Shown here one piece after another: positions 24,931 to 33,652 of a stretch of 37,091 bases of DNA. Under the pieces are notes generated by a model. That model saw only the letters and a program-made list of their open reading frames with translations, ran no database searches and was not told the origin of the DNA. Numbering within the stretch: position 1 is the stretch's first letter; every line of letters begins with the position of its first letter. The DNA is from a virus (taxonomy: Duplodnaviria > Caudoviricetes), in IMG/VR virus record IMGVR_UViG_3300025381_000043, positions 1-37,091 of that record; one strand, 5' to 3'. Made by a program: the position numbers and the translations under genes.

Positions 24931-26292
24931 CTACTTAGCGTAACGAACGATGATTAGACCAGAGCCGCCGGCGCCAGCAGCAAAACCATTTCCATTGCCA
25001 CCACCACCAGAACCAGTATTAGGTACGCCAGAATAAATTGTTGAAGTTCCAGAGCCGTTACCGCCACCGCCTAATCCGCCAGTTCCGTAGTGTGCGCCGC
25101 CTGAACCATCAGAGCCAGCTCCACCACCTGCGATATAACCGTTGTAGCCATAACCTGTTGCTTGAATCAAAGGTGCTAATGCGCCCCAGTTAGTAACTGT
25201 ATTTACGCCGTTACCGCCATTACCAGCAGCGCCGTTTACGCCAGCAGCACCAGCGGTTCCAGCTCCACCGCCTCCACCGCCAGTTGCATATGGCGAAGCA
25301 GAACCAGAGCCACCAACATTTCCTTGACCTGAAGTATTAGAACCACCAGAGCTTGTGTAAGTAGAAAATCCACCGTAGCCACCGCCACCAGAGCCACCAG
25401 TTCCACCAGAACCGCCTGTGTTGTAGGTAGAACCGTAACCGCCGCCAACTGCAGCAGTAAGCGAAAGCGAACCGCCAGTTACATTTGAATTACCGCCATT
25501 GGTAGCTGCACTTGTTCCATTACTTCCAGTACCACCCGCGCCTACTGTGCAGGTATAGCCAGTTCCAGAAGCTAGAGATTGTGCTGCCCAAGCTAATACG
25601 CCACCTGCGCCTCCACCACCGCCGTTGTTACCACCTCCACCTCCACCACCCGCAACAACCAAAATATCAGCCGTCAATGCGCGGGAAGGAGTGAATGTGC
25701 CTGACGATCCAAACGCGTGATAGTAATAAGTCGAGTCTTGGGTGATAATTCCACCAGTAGCGTAAGCGCCAATGTCAGCGTTAGCTATGCCGTAAAGGGT
25801 AAAGGTAGAGCCAGCCGAGAATGTACCAACGGTATTGGAAACAAGAATTGAAGTAATAGCATTTATATTTCGCCACAATCCAACGGTTGCATCAATTCCG
25901 CTTGCTGCGTTATTTCCGCGAGCTAACACCGTCTTGTAAGTTGTTGTGTTGGCGTAATTCTGAATATTCATAATCCAGGTGGAAGGATTACCAGAAGAAG
26001 GCGCAGCATAATAAGTCAAATACATGCTATTATTATTCCCTGTATTATGCTTACTGGTTGCCAAAGAACCATTAGCCGTAAGAATTGTTTGAGAATATAA
26101 ACCGCTCGTTGTGTCACCATTGAAGTTCAAAGTAAAGTCGGCAGCATTTATTGACTGGTTGTTTGTTGGGCTACATACAATCATCAAGTCTGTGTAGGTC
26201 TGAGGAATTGTGCCGCCTGTGCCAAAAGTAATTGACGATTGAGATGACCCGAGCGTTACAGTCTGAATCGCCACCATAGTATTAGTTGTCAT
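24931..26292 (-). CDS. Glycine-rich virion/fibre protein (paralogue)
   Basis: Same architecture as 23569..24921. Confidence 0.8.
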   Translation of the reverse strand: MTTNTMVAIQTVTLGSSQSSITFGTGGTIPQTYTDLMIVCSPTNNQSINAADFTLNFNGDTTSGLYSQTILTANGSLATSKHNTGNNNSMYLTYYAAPSSGNPSTWIMNIQNYANTTTYKTVLARGNNAASGIDATVGLWRNINAITSILVSNTVGTFSAGSTFTLYGIANADIGAYATGGIITQDSTYYYHAFGSSGTFTPSRALTADILVVAGGGGGGGNNGGGGGAGGVLAWAAQSLASGTGYTCTVGAGGTGSNGTSAATNGGNSNVTGGSLSLTAAVGGGYGSTYNTGGSGGTGGSGGGGYGGFSTYTSSGGSNTSGQGNVGGSGSASPYATGGGGGGAGTAGAAGVNGAAGNGGNGVNTVTNWGALAPLIQATGYGYNGYIAGGGAGSDGSGGAHYGTGGLGGGGNGSGTSTIYSGVPNTGSGGGGNGNGFAAGAGGSGLIIVRYAK

Positions 26293-26301
26293 AATGCCCG
26301 C

Positions 26302-26868
26302 CTACCGTATGCCGTACAACGCGAATTGAGTGTATTGGTTAAAAGAACTGCTGGTTGGAGCAATCGTCATTGAGTTAATGCCAGTTATTGTAGATGGAAA
26401 ATAAGAACCTGATTTAAGCATTATATATCCGCTGCCATTATTATCAACGCCAGTTAAAGCGCGCAAAGTTTTATTTTTATTTGTTGATGCGTAATCAAGA
26501 ATATCAAATACGCCAGCGCTAGGATTGCTAGTACCGCCTGTAATTCCAACAAATGTAGTGGTTTGTGATGTGTTGGCAGCAGCGTTTGCGCTTGAGCCAT
26601 CGCCATATAATTCGTGCCAAGAATAATAATTGGTTGAATCAGAATTAAAGTTTATCTTTACATCCGTTCCCGAAGAACCAGAAACGGCAATCCAACGCAC
26701 TTGCAAATGCGTATAAGTCTGCGGAATAGCCGAGAAGGTAATAGACGATTGCCCGCCAGCTCCAACCGTCACACTTCCTAGCGCGTCAAATGCACCTGTA
26801 GGGCCAGAGTAGAGATGGCCTGAGATTTGAGAGGCGAGGATGCCATTGAGCAGGAATGGTGTTGGCAT
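26302..26868 (-). CDS. Beta-domain protein paralogous to the N-termini of the two glycine-rich proteins
   Basis: SSITFSAIPQTYTHL...DYASTNKNKT...FALYGI. Confidence 0.75.
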   Translation of the reverse strand: MPTPFLLNGILASQISGHLYSGPTGAFDALGSVTVGAGGQSSITFSAIPQTYTHLQVRWIAVSGSSGTDVKINFNSDSTNYYSWHELYGDGSSANAAANTSQTTTFVGITGGTSNPSAGVFDILDYASTNKNKTLRALTGVDNNGSGYIMLKSGSYFPSTITGINSMTIAPTSSSFNQYTQFALYGIR

Positions 26869-26870
26869 GA

Positions 26871-27347
26871 TTAGGCAATATCACCAAGAACGGTAAATGT
26901 GTTGCTTCCGGTGCAGAGAACAGAAGCCGCCGAGTATTGTGCGCGAAGTTTAGGAGCTGCTGCTGTTGCACCTGTTGAGGTGATGGTTACGCCCGATCCT
27001 GCGGCGAAGGTGACCTGTCCTGTGTTGATCTGCTGAACATCAATAACCTGACCAGTTGTAAAAACTGATGGCGGAACGGTGAGAGTAATGCCGCCTGTGT
27101 TGGACAAAGTAACAAGCGCGCCGACATCGCCAATCGCCAAAGTGTAAGAAGTACCTGTCTGTGCGTTAAAGGTCAAAGCAGGTGCAGCGCCGAAAGCATA
27201 GGCAAGTGAAGTCCACGCAGTTGAGCCATCGCCAATCTTGAACTTCTTGGTGTCAGTCTCATAGCCAATTTCGCCAGCAGCTAGGGTTGGATTGTTAGAT
27301 GTCCAGTTAGCGGCGGTATCACGGCGTTGTTGTAGGCGTGTTGTCAT
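26871..27347 (-). CDS. Fibre protein with an Mtd-N/hyaluronidase-N-like domain
   Basis: QRRDTAANW...NPTLAAGEIGYETDT.KFKIGDG..AW..L.Y. Confidence 0.8.
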   Translation of the reverse strand: MTTRLQQRRDTAANWTSNNPTLAAGEIGYETDTKKFKIGDGSTAWTSLAYAFGAAPALTFNAQTGTSYTLAIGDVGALVTLSNTGGITLTVPPSVFTTGQVIDVQQINTGQVTFAAGSGVTITSTGATAAAPKLRAQYSAASVLCTGSNTFTVLGDIA

Positions 27348-27361
27348 TTTATTCTCCTAGT

Positions 27362-29170
27362 TTAGAAACTGACCGTTGAAGCGCCAGCGTCGATTGTATA
27401 AGTCCATGACGCTGTTGTGCTTCCCGAAGAAGTTGCGTCATAAATGATGTCTATATTAGGAACCGAGGCTCCGCCGTCAACATATTGAACAAGGAACGTT
27501 GCGCCTGAAGCGCCAGTCGGTCCAGTTGGTCCAGGAACTGTTGATGCGGCTCCGGTTGGTCCCGTAGCTCCAGTTGGTCCGGTAGGTCCGACAGATCCTG
27601 TTGCACCAGTCGGTCCAGTTGGTCCGGTCGATCCGGTAGGACCGGTGACGTTTGAGGCTGCGCCGGTAGCTCCAGTTGGACCGGTTGGTCCTACTGATCC
27701 AGTGGCACCGGTAGGTCCGGTTGGTCCTTGTGATCCTGCCGCACCGGTGGGTCCGGTAGCTCCGATGGCACCTGTCGCACCAGTCGGACCGGTTGCACCT
27801 TGTGATCCTGTTGCGCCAGTTGGTCCGGTCGGTCCGGTTGTGCCTTGAATACCCTGGATACCTTGAACGCCCTGTGGACCGGTTGGTCCTACTGATCCGG
27901 TAGCGCCAGTTGGACCGGTTGCTCCAGTTGGACCTGTGGCTCCGGTTGGACCTGTCACGGTAGAAGCTGCACCAGTTGCGCCGGTGGGACCCGTCGGTCC
28001 GGTTGGACCTTGAGCTCCAGTTGGACCAGTTACGGTCGAAGCTGCACCAGTTGCGCCAGTCGGACCGGTTGCGCCGGTAGGACCAGTTGCACCAGCTCCG
28101 CCGGTTTGTGCAAAAGTAATTGCGTCGGTTCCGATAATTATATATCCGTTGGTGTATGTTCCAACGTTGTTCTGGATCCAGTTTGTGGCCGCATTAGCAG
28201 TTCCTGCAACAATATACAAATAATCGCCATATTCAACTTCGCCCAGGACAGAGTTGTTGTAATCTGTCGAGCGGGTCAAAACATAAGGAGTTCCAGGTCC
28301 GCCTTGTTGCGTAACGGTATAGATACCGTTCTGGGTTGCGGTTGTCTGATTCTTGACAAGAATTCGATCGCCAGTGGTGATGTTTACGCCGTCAATGGAA
28401 CCGCGTCCATTGCTCGTTGCTGTCAACGTTGCGCCAACACCTGTTCCTCCGCCTGCATCAGCTGATCCTGCGGCATAGTTTGCAGAAAGGTTTGCTGTAG
28501 TGGCAAGCTTAGCAGAAGCATGCGCGTTAGAGCTAGAAACTGGACCAGTCGGTCCTGTCGCACCAGTTGGACCGGTTGCACCAGTCGCTCCAGCGGTTCC
28601 CGTTGCTCCTGTTGGACCTGTAGGACCAGTTGCACCAGTAGCTCCTGCAGATCCTGTTGCACCGGTTGGGCCCGTTGCACCCGCAGATCCTGTCGCGCCG
28701 GTAGGTCCGGTTGCACCTGCGGGACCTTGAATACCCTGGACGCCTTGCGGTCCGGTCGCGCCGTTGGTTCCCGCTGATCCTGTTGGACCAGTTGCACCGG
28801 TTGGACCTGTAACACCTTGAGGACCGGTAGGACCAGTGACGGTAGAAGCTGCACCAGTTGGTCCGGTAACGCCTTGCGGTCCGGTTGGACCAGTTGGACC
28901 GGTTACCCCTTGGGTTCCTTGCGGACCCGTCGGACCAGTCGGCCCGGTTGTGAGGGAGATCGTAGATATAGTGCTGTCAACCGCGTCAAGACGCGCTCTA
29001 ACTGATGCCTTGGAACCCTTGGGGTTAGTGCCAAGCTCTGTTTCAATCGCGTGAATCGAGTCATTGGCGTTTGCGTGCTCCGTTGCATGAGGGACAGTAG
29101 CCGAATCAAGCGTGTCAGTTGCCTGTGGATTGACAAAAGTGTCAATTCCGTTCGGATACTGAGTGCTCAT
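27362..29170 (-). CDS. Collagen-like fibre protein (GPT/GAT repeats)
   Basis: Two long Gly-X-Thr tracts flank a [13 protein letters not shown] domain. Confidence 0.9.
   Translation of the reverse strand: MSTQYPNGIDTFVNPQATDTLDSATVPHATEHANANDSIHAIETELGTNPKGSKASVRARLDAVDSTISTISLTTGPTGPTGPQGTQGVTGPTGPTGPQGVTGPTGAASTVTGPTGPQGVTGPTGATGPTGSAGTNGATGPQGVQGIQGPAGATGPTGATGSAGATGPTGATGSAGATGATGPTGPTGATGTAGATGATGPTGATGPTGPVSSSNAHASAKLATTANLSANYAAGSADAGGGTGVGATLTATSNGRGSIDGVNITTGDRILVKNQTTATQNGIYTVTQQGGPGTPYVLTRSTDYNNSVLGEVEYGDYLYIVAGTANAATNWIQNNVGTYTNGYIIIGTDAITFAQTGGAGATGPTGATGPTGATGAASTVTGPTGAQGPTGPTGPTGATGAASTVTGPTGATGPTGATGPTGATGSVGPTGPQGVQGIQGIQGTTGPTGPTGATGSQGATGPTGATGAIGATGPTGAAGSQGPTGPTGATGSVGPTGPTGATGAASNVTGPTGSTGPTGPTGATGSVGPTGPTGATGPTGAASTVPGPTGPTGASGATFLVQYVDGGASVPNIDIIYDATSSGSTTASWTYTIDAGASTVSF
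27500..28100 (-). repeat. Collagen Gly-X-Y coding repeat, C-terminal tract (approximate limits)
   Basis: 9-nt periodic GPT/GAT codon repeats. Confidence 0.85.
28540..28950 (-). repeat. Collagen Gly-X-Y coding repeat, N-terminal tract (approximate limits)
   Basis: 9-nt periodic GPT/GAT codon repeats. Confidence 0.85.
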
Positions 29171-29192
29171 GCATGCTCCTTAGTGGTGAGAG

Positions 29193-29235
29193 GCATCAGC
29201 ACAATATGCCAGGGGGTAACACATTGTGCTGATGC
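29193..29235 (-). promoter_or_regulatory. 19-bp hairpin with a CCCCC loop between the glycosyltransferase and collagen genes
   Basis: GCATCAGCACAATGTGTTA-CCCCC-TGGCATATTGTGCTGATGC. Three G-U pairs form only on the minus strand. Confidence 0.7.
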
Positions 29236-29236
29236 T

Positions 29237-29941
29237 TTAGTTTTCTTGTTTGAGCGCGATCTCGCGGAACGGTTCATGATGCCGTTCGTCAAGCCAGAAA
29301 TCCTTCTTATGAGCAAGGATTGCGCCCGTGTTGCAGTAAATAGGAATTCCAAGGGACTGAAGTCTCTTGGAGAAGAGTAGATCCTCGCCAAACCAGCGTC
29401 CGGCTATAGGTCCGTCAATAAACCATGCCCAGTCTGATCCTTGGTTCTCATTGGATTTCTTCTGGACCTCGAGGATGACGCTTCTATGGATCAGGAGACA
29501 TCCCGTGCCAATAGCGTCGACCTTAATGACCTCATTCTTGGGATAGTCATCCATAGCGACCAAACCACGGTCTGGCAAATCGTTGTAAATGGTAGGAACT
29601 GGACGAAGCATCTCGTTATCATCAAAGAATGCCGCAAAAACCAGAGCTCCGAGAACCGGACGCTCCTTGGTATGCGCTGATTCGATGAGTTTATCGAAGT
29701 TGTCCAGCGTCAAACGCTCGTCCGCATCCATCATCAGGAGCCAGTCGGCGTCGGTTTGTTCTAAAAAGTTCTTAATAAGTAAATTTCGTGAGCGCGTAAT
29801 AAGCCCAGAATTGGACACCTGAATATAGGAATCAAACTTTTCTGGTCTAAATCGCGCAATATGGATCAAGTCGATGGCTAGTTGTGCGTTAATCTTGCCG
29901 TCGTTGATGGTTCCGATGCAAACTTTGTCGGTCTTTTTCAT
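29237..29941 (-). CDS. GT-A fold (family 2-like) glycosyltransferase
   Basis: I.RSRN, WLLMMDAD, GTGCLLIHR, GEDL.F and H.K. Confidence 0.88.
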   Translation of the reverse strand: MKKTDKVCIGTINDGKINAQLAIDLIHIARFRPEKFDSYIQVSNSGLITRSRNLLIKNFLEQTDADWLLMMDADERLTLDNFDKLIESAHTKERPVLGALVFAAFFDDNEMLRPVPTIYNDLPDRGLVAMDDYPKNEVIKVDAIGTGCLLIHRSVILEVQKKSNENQGSDWAWFIDGPIAGRWFGEDLLFSKRLQSLGIPIYCNTGAILAHKKDFWLDERHHEPFREIALKQEN

Positions 29942-30105
29942 TCCCAGGCGCTCCGAGTCTCTCGTACGTACTCGATGGCGGCCGTTTCGATCTCAAATGC
30001 GCCGGATTGCTGTTCCAGGATCAAGGCTTCAAGCGCCTCAATTCCCTTTTCTTTCACCAGATCCCGAGCGGTTATCAAACCCTCGAGGAAAATGGAACTT
30101 GCCAT
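29938..30105 (-). CDS. Small hypothetical protein (55 aa, MASSIFLEGL...IETAA...)
   Basis: Hand-translated. RBS AGGGGG and an ATGA overlap with the glycosyltransferase gene. Confidence 0.7.
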   Translation of the reverse strand: MASSIFLEGLITARDLVKEKGIEALEALILEQQSGAFEIETAAIEYVRETRSAWE

Positions 30106-30128
30106 AAAAACCCCCTAGTAAGTGTGCC

Positions 30129-30166
30129 GGAGCACTGACTCTACCCGAAGGCAGAGTCAGCGCTTC
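30129..30166 (-). terminator. UUCG hairpin after the major capsid gene (partial terminator or mRNA stabiliser)
   Basis: GAAGCGCTGACTCTGCC-TTCG-GGTAGAGTCAGTGCTCC, with no U tract. Confidence 0.65.
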
Positions 30167-30175
30167 GACTAGAAA

Positions 30176-31519
30176 TTAGTAGCCTGAAGGAGCTACTGCA
30201 CCGGTACCGGCGACTGTTGTGACAGCCTTAGCATAACGGTGAGCAAGAGCAGCGTATCCGTAGACCTGGAAACGAACGGTAAGGTTCGCCGACAAGACGT
30301 CAGGAAGTACGCGTGTCTTAACGCCAGACTCGAACAAGTAAGAATCAGAGAACTTACCGATAAGAACTGGAGCTTGGTTGGTTGATGAGCCGTAGTTCAA
30401 AGGCAGTGTTGCATCAACGTAAACAGGTACGCCATGGATAGCACCAACAAGACCCTTTGAAGCTCCTGGAGCGTCAACAACGCCAGAAGCGTTGAATGGA
30501 CCAGCAGCCTTAGGAACGATCAACGGACGTGAAGCAGAGTCGGTCTGTGAAGACAACCAGTACCATGTCGAAGGTGACATGACGATTGCTTCTACATCGC
30601 GGTAACGGTTACGAACGACTTGGCTGATACCCGCAGCAAATGCCTTGAGTCCACCAACAGCAGAAGGTGTTGTTTCAGTCCAGGTGGTTGGGATACCGTT
30701 TGTTGTATCTGCACCGAGGTTGATGAAACCACGAAGGGTTCCTGAAGTTCCGTCGCCGTTACCAGCGACAGCTGTGTTGAGTTGCAATGCGTAGTCAGCC
30801 ATCAAGTCGCCGAAGACCATGCGGTCAAGGCCACCTGAGAGAGGTGACATTTCAACCAACTGGATCGAGACATTCTCGTAACCAGAGATTGTACGAACTG
30901 GCGCTGTTACTGTTGAAGTAACGAGATCGCGAGTTGTTGTCGCAGCGTTGTCTGGGTTCTGGAACGCAGTCTTAGAACCGAGGGTGATCGCTGGGATGTT
31001 GATGGAATCTGTTCCCATTGGAAGAGCCATCTTTGTTGCAAGATCTGCAGTCACACGAGCAGCACGAGCGAACTCTGCGTATTCGTTGATCAACCAGATT
31101 GGAGGAACGAAATCTCCACCGGTACCGTTTGTGAGGCCGATGTCACGAGTTTCGATTGCAACTTCCTGTTGGTGACGGTGCAAGCGATCCCATGAAGATG
31201 AGTCGTTACGAAGTTGTGCGCCGATCATGTCACGAACGAAAGAGTTCTCGCTGTGCTTGTCGTAGGTCATTGCTTCGCGAGTTACTGTCGCTCCGCCGAA
31301 GACCTTAACGCCAGCTTCCTTGCGTGATTCTGCGATTGCAGCAGTGCGAGCTTCTACAGCTTCCTGCTTTGCAATGCGCTCATCAAGTGAAGCAATTTCA
31401 TCTTGCTTTGCTTCAGCTGATGCAAGAGCGTCTGCATCGACTGCATCTGCTGCGATGGTTGTTTCAACCTCGGCAACAAGTGCGTCGCGCTGCTCCTTGA
31501 GCTTTGCTGATAGAGACAT
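30176..31519 (-). CDS. Major capsid protein (HK97 fold with delta domain)
   Basis: Coiled-coil N-terminus, ETR/DIG..GGDFVPP, G.G...LRG and HGVPVYVD. Start MSLSAK after GAAAGGGA. Confidence 0.93.
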   Translation of the reverse strand: MSLSAKLKEQRDALVAEVETTIAADAVDADALASAEAKQDEIASLDERIAKQEAVEARTAAIAESRKEAGVKVFGGATVTREAMTYDKHSENSFVRDMIGAQLRNDSSSWDRLHRHQQEVAIETRDIGLTNGTGGDFVPPIWLINEYAEFARAARVTADLATKMALPMGTDSINIPAITLGSKTAFQNPDNAATTTRDLVTSTVTAPVRTISGYENVSIQLVEMSPLSGGLDRMVFGDLMADYALQLNTAVAGNGDGTSGTLRGFINLGADTTNGIPTTWTETTPSAVGGLKAFAAGISQVVRNRYRDVEAIVMSPSTWYWLSSQTDSASRPLIVPKAAGPFNASGVVDAPGASKGLVGAIHGVPVYVDATLPLNYGSSTNQAPVLIGKFSDSYLFESGVKTRVLPDVLSANLTVRFQVYGYAALAHRYAKAVTTVAGTGAVAPSGY

Positions 31520-31571
31520 AATGTCCCTTTCTCTTGGATGTGGGAAACGTCGGGGCTTGTGCGCCGAGGTT

Positions 31572-32867
31572 TTAACCCTTACGCTTGCGGCGTAAGGAAT
31601 ACTGGTTGAACTTGAGGGCAAGCTTACGCTTGGCAAGCTCAAGATCCTCGGCCTCGGCAGAGCGAGCTCCGATTGAGGTTGAGTCGTACGCTGGCCAGGT
31701 TACGGCAGAAACTTCGTAGAGATCGAGATCGGTAAGTGTACGCAAACCGTCTTCGCGGGTCTCTCCGTCCTTGGCTACGCTGAAAGCAAATGACATCTTG
31801 TTGACGTCTCCACGCTCGATGGCTGATGCAAGCTCAGCTGCGCGAGGGTTCTTCATATCCAGATCCGCTTCCATAAGGAGACCATGGGAATCCTCAGACA
31901 AGCGCATGGTTCCGGACTGAGTTGATGCAAGTGGAAGCTGATCCGTGTCATGGTTAACAAGAAGGAAGACCGGGTTGTCAGTTGCAAGCGAGCGAGAGAA
32001 CGCACCTGGTGCGATCATTTCGCGGAAGTTCAGTCCGGTTGCTTCTGAGTTAAATGTTGCGGCATATCCTGCGATGGCAAAGTTTCCATCAAGTGTACCG
32101 ACAGCACGAATCTCTGCATCCATTGTGATGCGTTCTGCTGTGCGGATCATGGTCTTACGTTCTTCAACCATTGCGATATCGGCCTTTCGAGGGGAGGGAA
32201 GTGGCTTGATAATTGTCAAATAATTAGAACGGTGGACGTTTACCTGATCCGTAGCGACCCAGCCGTTTCCTGACTCGTGATAGACACGGACATGGAAAAC
32301 AGGGTTGTCGTCGGTAGCTTCCATGGTGTAACCGTCCGATGATGCGGCGGTACCACGAGCTGTTACCTTCTCAACGCGACCACGTGAGCGACCGCTCTCG
32401 GTTGACCAGGAGACGTACGTTCCCTCACCGATACGAGCAGAAGAGGTGCGATCTTCATCGTCCGCTGTCCACTCATCTTCGTCGTCATCTTGGTCGTCAA
32501 GCATTTTTGTTGCAGCGTCTGCGTCTTCCGTAGGAGCATAATTTTCAGGCTTTGCCGCTGCGTTCTCTTCCTCAGACTCATCCTCGTCGTCGGGATCTGA
32601 AAGACCCAGAGCGTCAATAACAGGATCAAGGGCGAGGTCTGCTGCGCAAATCAGGTAGTACGCCTGAGCTGCGACAGGATCATCGTTCATAATCTGGGCA
32701 AGGAGTGCCTGCGCTGCGTCTAACGAAGCATCAGCTGCAGAAACACTCTTTGAGATTAAAGTAGCAGCATCAGCTGAACGCTGAGCGCTTCTTTCATCGG
32801 AATTTTTTATGTTAAATGTAATTCCGGCCAAATCCTTGTCCGTATAAATAAATTTTTGTTTTGACAT
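31572..32867 (-). CDS. HK97-family prohead protease with a long N-terminal extension (helical, acidic and Tudor-like regions)
   Basis: GYAATFN, E.IAPGAF, LVNHD, MSFAF and LYEVSAVTWPAY. Confidence 0.92.
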   Translation of the reverse strand: MSKQKFIYTDKDLAGITFNIKNSDERSAQRSADAATLISKSVSAADASLDAAQALLAQIMNDDPVAAQAYYLICAADLALDPVIDALGLSDPDDEDESEEENAAAKPENYAPTEDADAATKMLDDQDDDEDEWTADDEDRTSSARIGEGTYVSWSTESGRSRGRVEKVTARGTAASSDGYTMEATDDNPVFHVRVYHESGNGWVATDQVNVHRSNYLTIIKPLPSPRKADIAMVEERKTMIRTAERITMDAEIRAVGTLDGNFAIAGYAATFNSEATGLNFREMIAPGAFSRSLATDNPVFLLVNHDTDQLPLASTQSGTMRLSEDSHGLLMEADLDMKNPRAAELASAIERGDVNKMSFAFSVAKDGETREDGLRTLTDLDLYEVSAVTWPAYDSTSIGARSAEAEDLELAKRKLALKFNQYSLRRKRKG

Positions 32868-33652
32868 TATTTACTCCCAACACGAAATTGAAGAACATCC
32901 CCAGAACGCCCGGTCATGGTGAACGACGTGCCGCGCGCAAGAATCATTTCTTGCTCATTGTTTGTTAAATAGCTTGGATTAAAAGTAGCTACGTTTAGAG
33001 CTTTAGTTCCTTCTGGAATTGTTATTTCCATTTTTGTTCCGCCTTGGGCAAACATGTCCGCATAGGTAGAACTTTGACTGCTAGAAACAAAACCTTTATC
33101 TGTAAAGGAATCTCCGGGTTGCATTTGTTGCAGTTGATTAGAAAAATCTCCTGGACCAACGCCACGGAACGTTGTTGTGTCTTGAGTTAAAGCTGGCGCT
33201 GAACTAATTAAAGAATCAAGCGCAGAAACATCCTGCTGTACCCACGCTGGTGAATCTGTTGCGTCAGTTCTCAAAGAATTGTTGATCTGAGCAGCGTTCA
33301 TTGCTGATTGCGTATAGTTATTAAATGCATCGTTTTGCTGAGAATTATGATTATTTGCCATTGTAAATGAAGTTGTATCAACCGGAATAGCAGAATCTCC
33401 AGTGCTACTAAAGCGACCGTGATCATCTCTTGGTTGATCGTCCGATCTTTCCTCATCATTTAATAACAAATTTTTTTGTTTAATTGAGTCAATAATTTTG
33501 TTGGACCATTCAAGTCCGTGAGATCCGGACCAAGTTTGACGAATTTCAATTATATCTTCTAAAACAAGTGGCTGAGAAATTCTTAATGAAAAGTTTTCAT
33601 TCATTACAACTTCATCTCGCACGAGCTTTGGCGCGCGGAATGTCTCGGCCAT
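32867..33652 (-). CDS. ADP-ribosyltransferase (VIP2/C3-like, R-S-E class)
   Basis: YT....INNSLR, TTFRG, DKGFVSSS and NEQEMILARG, with an upstream QPRDDHGRF motif. Confidence 0.9.
   Translation of the reverse strand: MAETFRAPKLVRDEVVMNENFSLRISQPLVLEDIIEIRQTWSGSHGLEWSNKIIDSIKQKNLLLNDEERSDDQPRDDHGRFSSTGDSAIPVDTTSFTMANNHNSQQNDAFNNYTQSAMNAAQINNSLRTDATDSPAWVQQDVSALDSLISSAPALTQDTTTFRGVGPGDFSNQLQQMQPGDSFTDKGFVSSSQSSTYADMFAQGGTKMEITIPEGTKALNVATFNPSYLTNNEQEMILARGTSFTMTGRSGDVLQFRVGSK

Noticed and set aside
23569-26292. PE-PGRS host genes
   Set aside because: There is no PE domain, and the architecture and context match phage glycine-rich fibre proteins.
26871-27347. Diversity-generating retroelement suggested by the Mtd-N-like domain
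   Set aside because: No reverse transcriptase, no Avd and no TR/VR repeat pair was seen.
27645-29054. Plus-strand PVGPVA-repeat ORFs
   Set aside because: They are antisense shadows of the collagen codon repeats.
30106-30175. tRNA or other structured ncRNA in intergenic gaps
   Set aside because: Only simple hairpins were found, with no cloverleaf or T-loop motif.
31520-31642. Longer 488-aa capsid start, and similar upstream extensions for ORFs at 387, 2004, 4723, 5129, 6508, 7595, 9189, 18688, 35099 and 37060
   Set aside because: Downstream starts have better RBSs, ATGA-type coupling or family-typical N-termini, and they avoid large overlaps.
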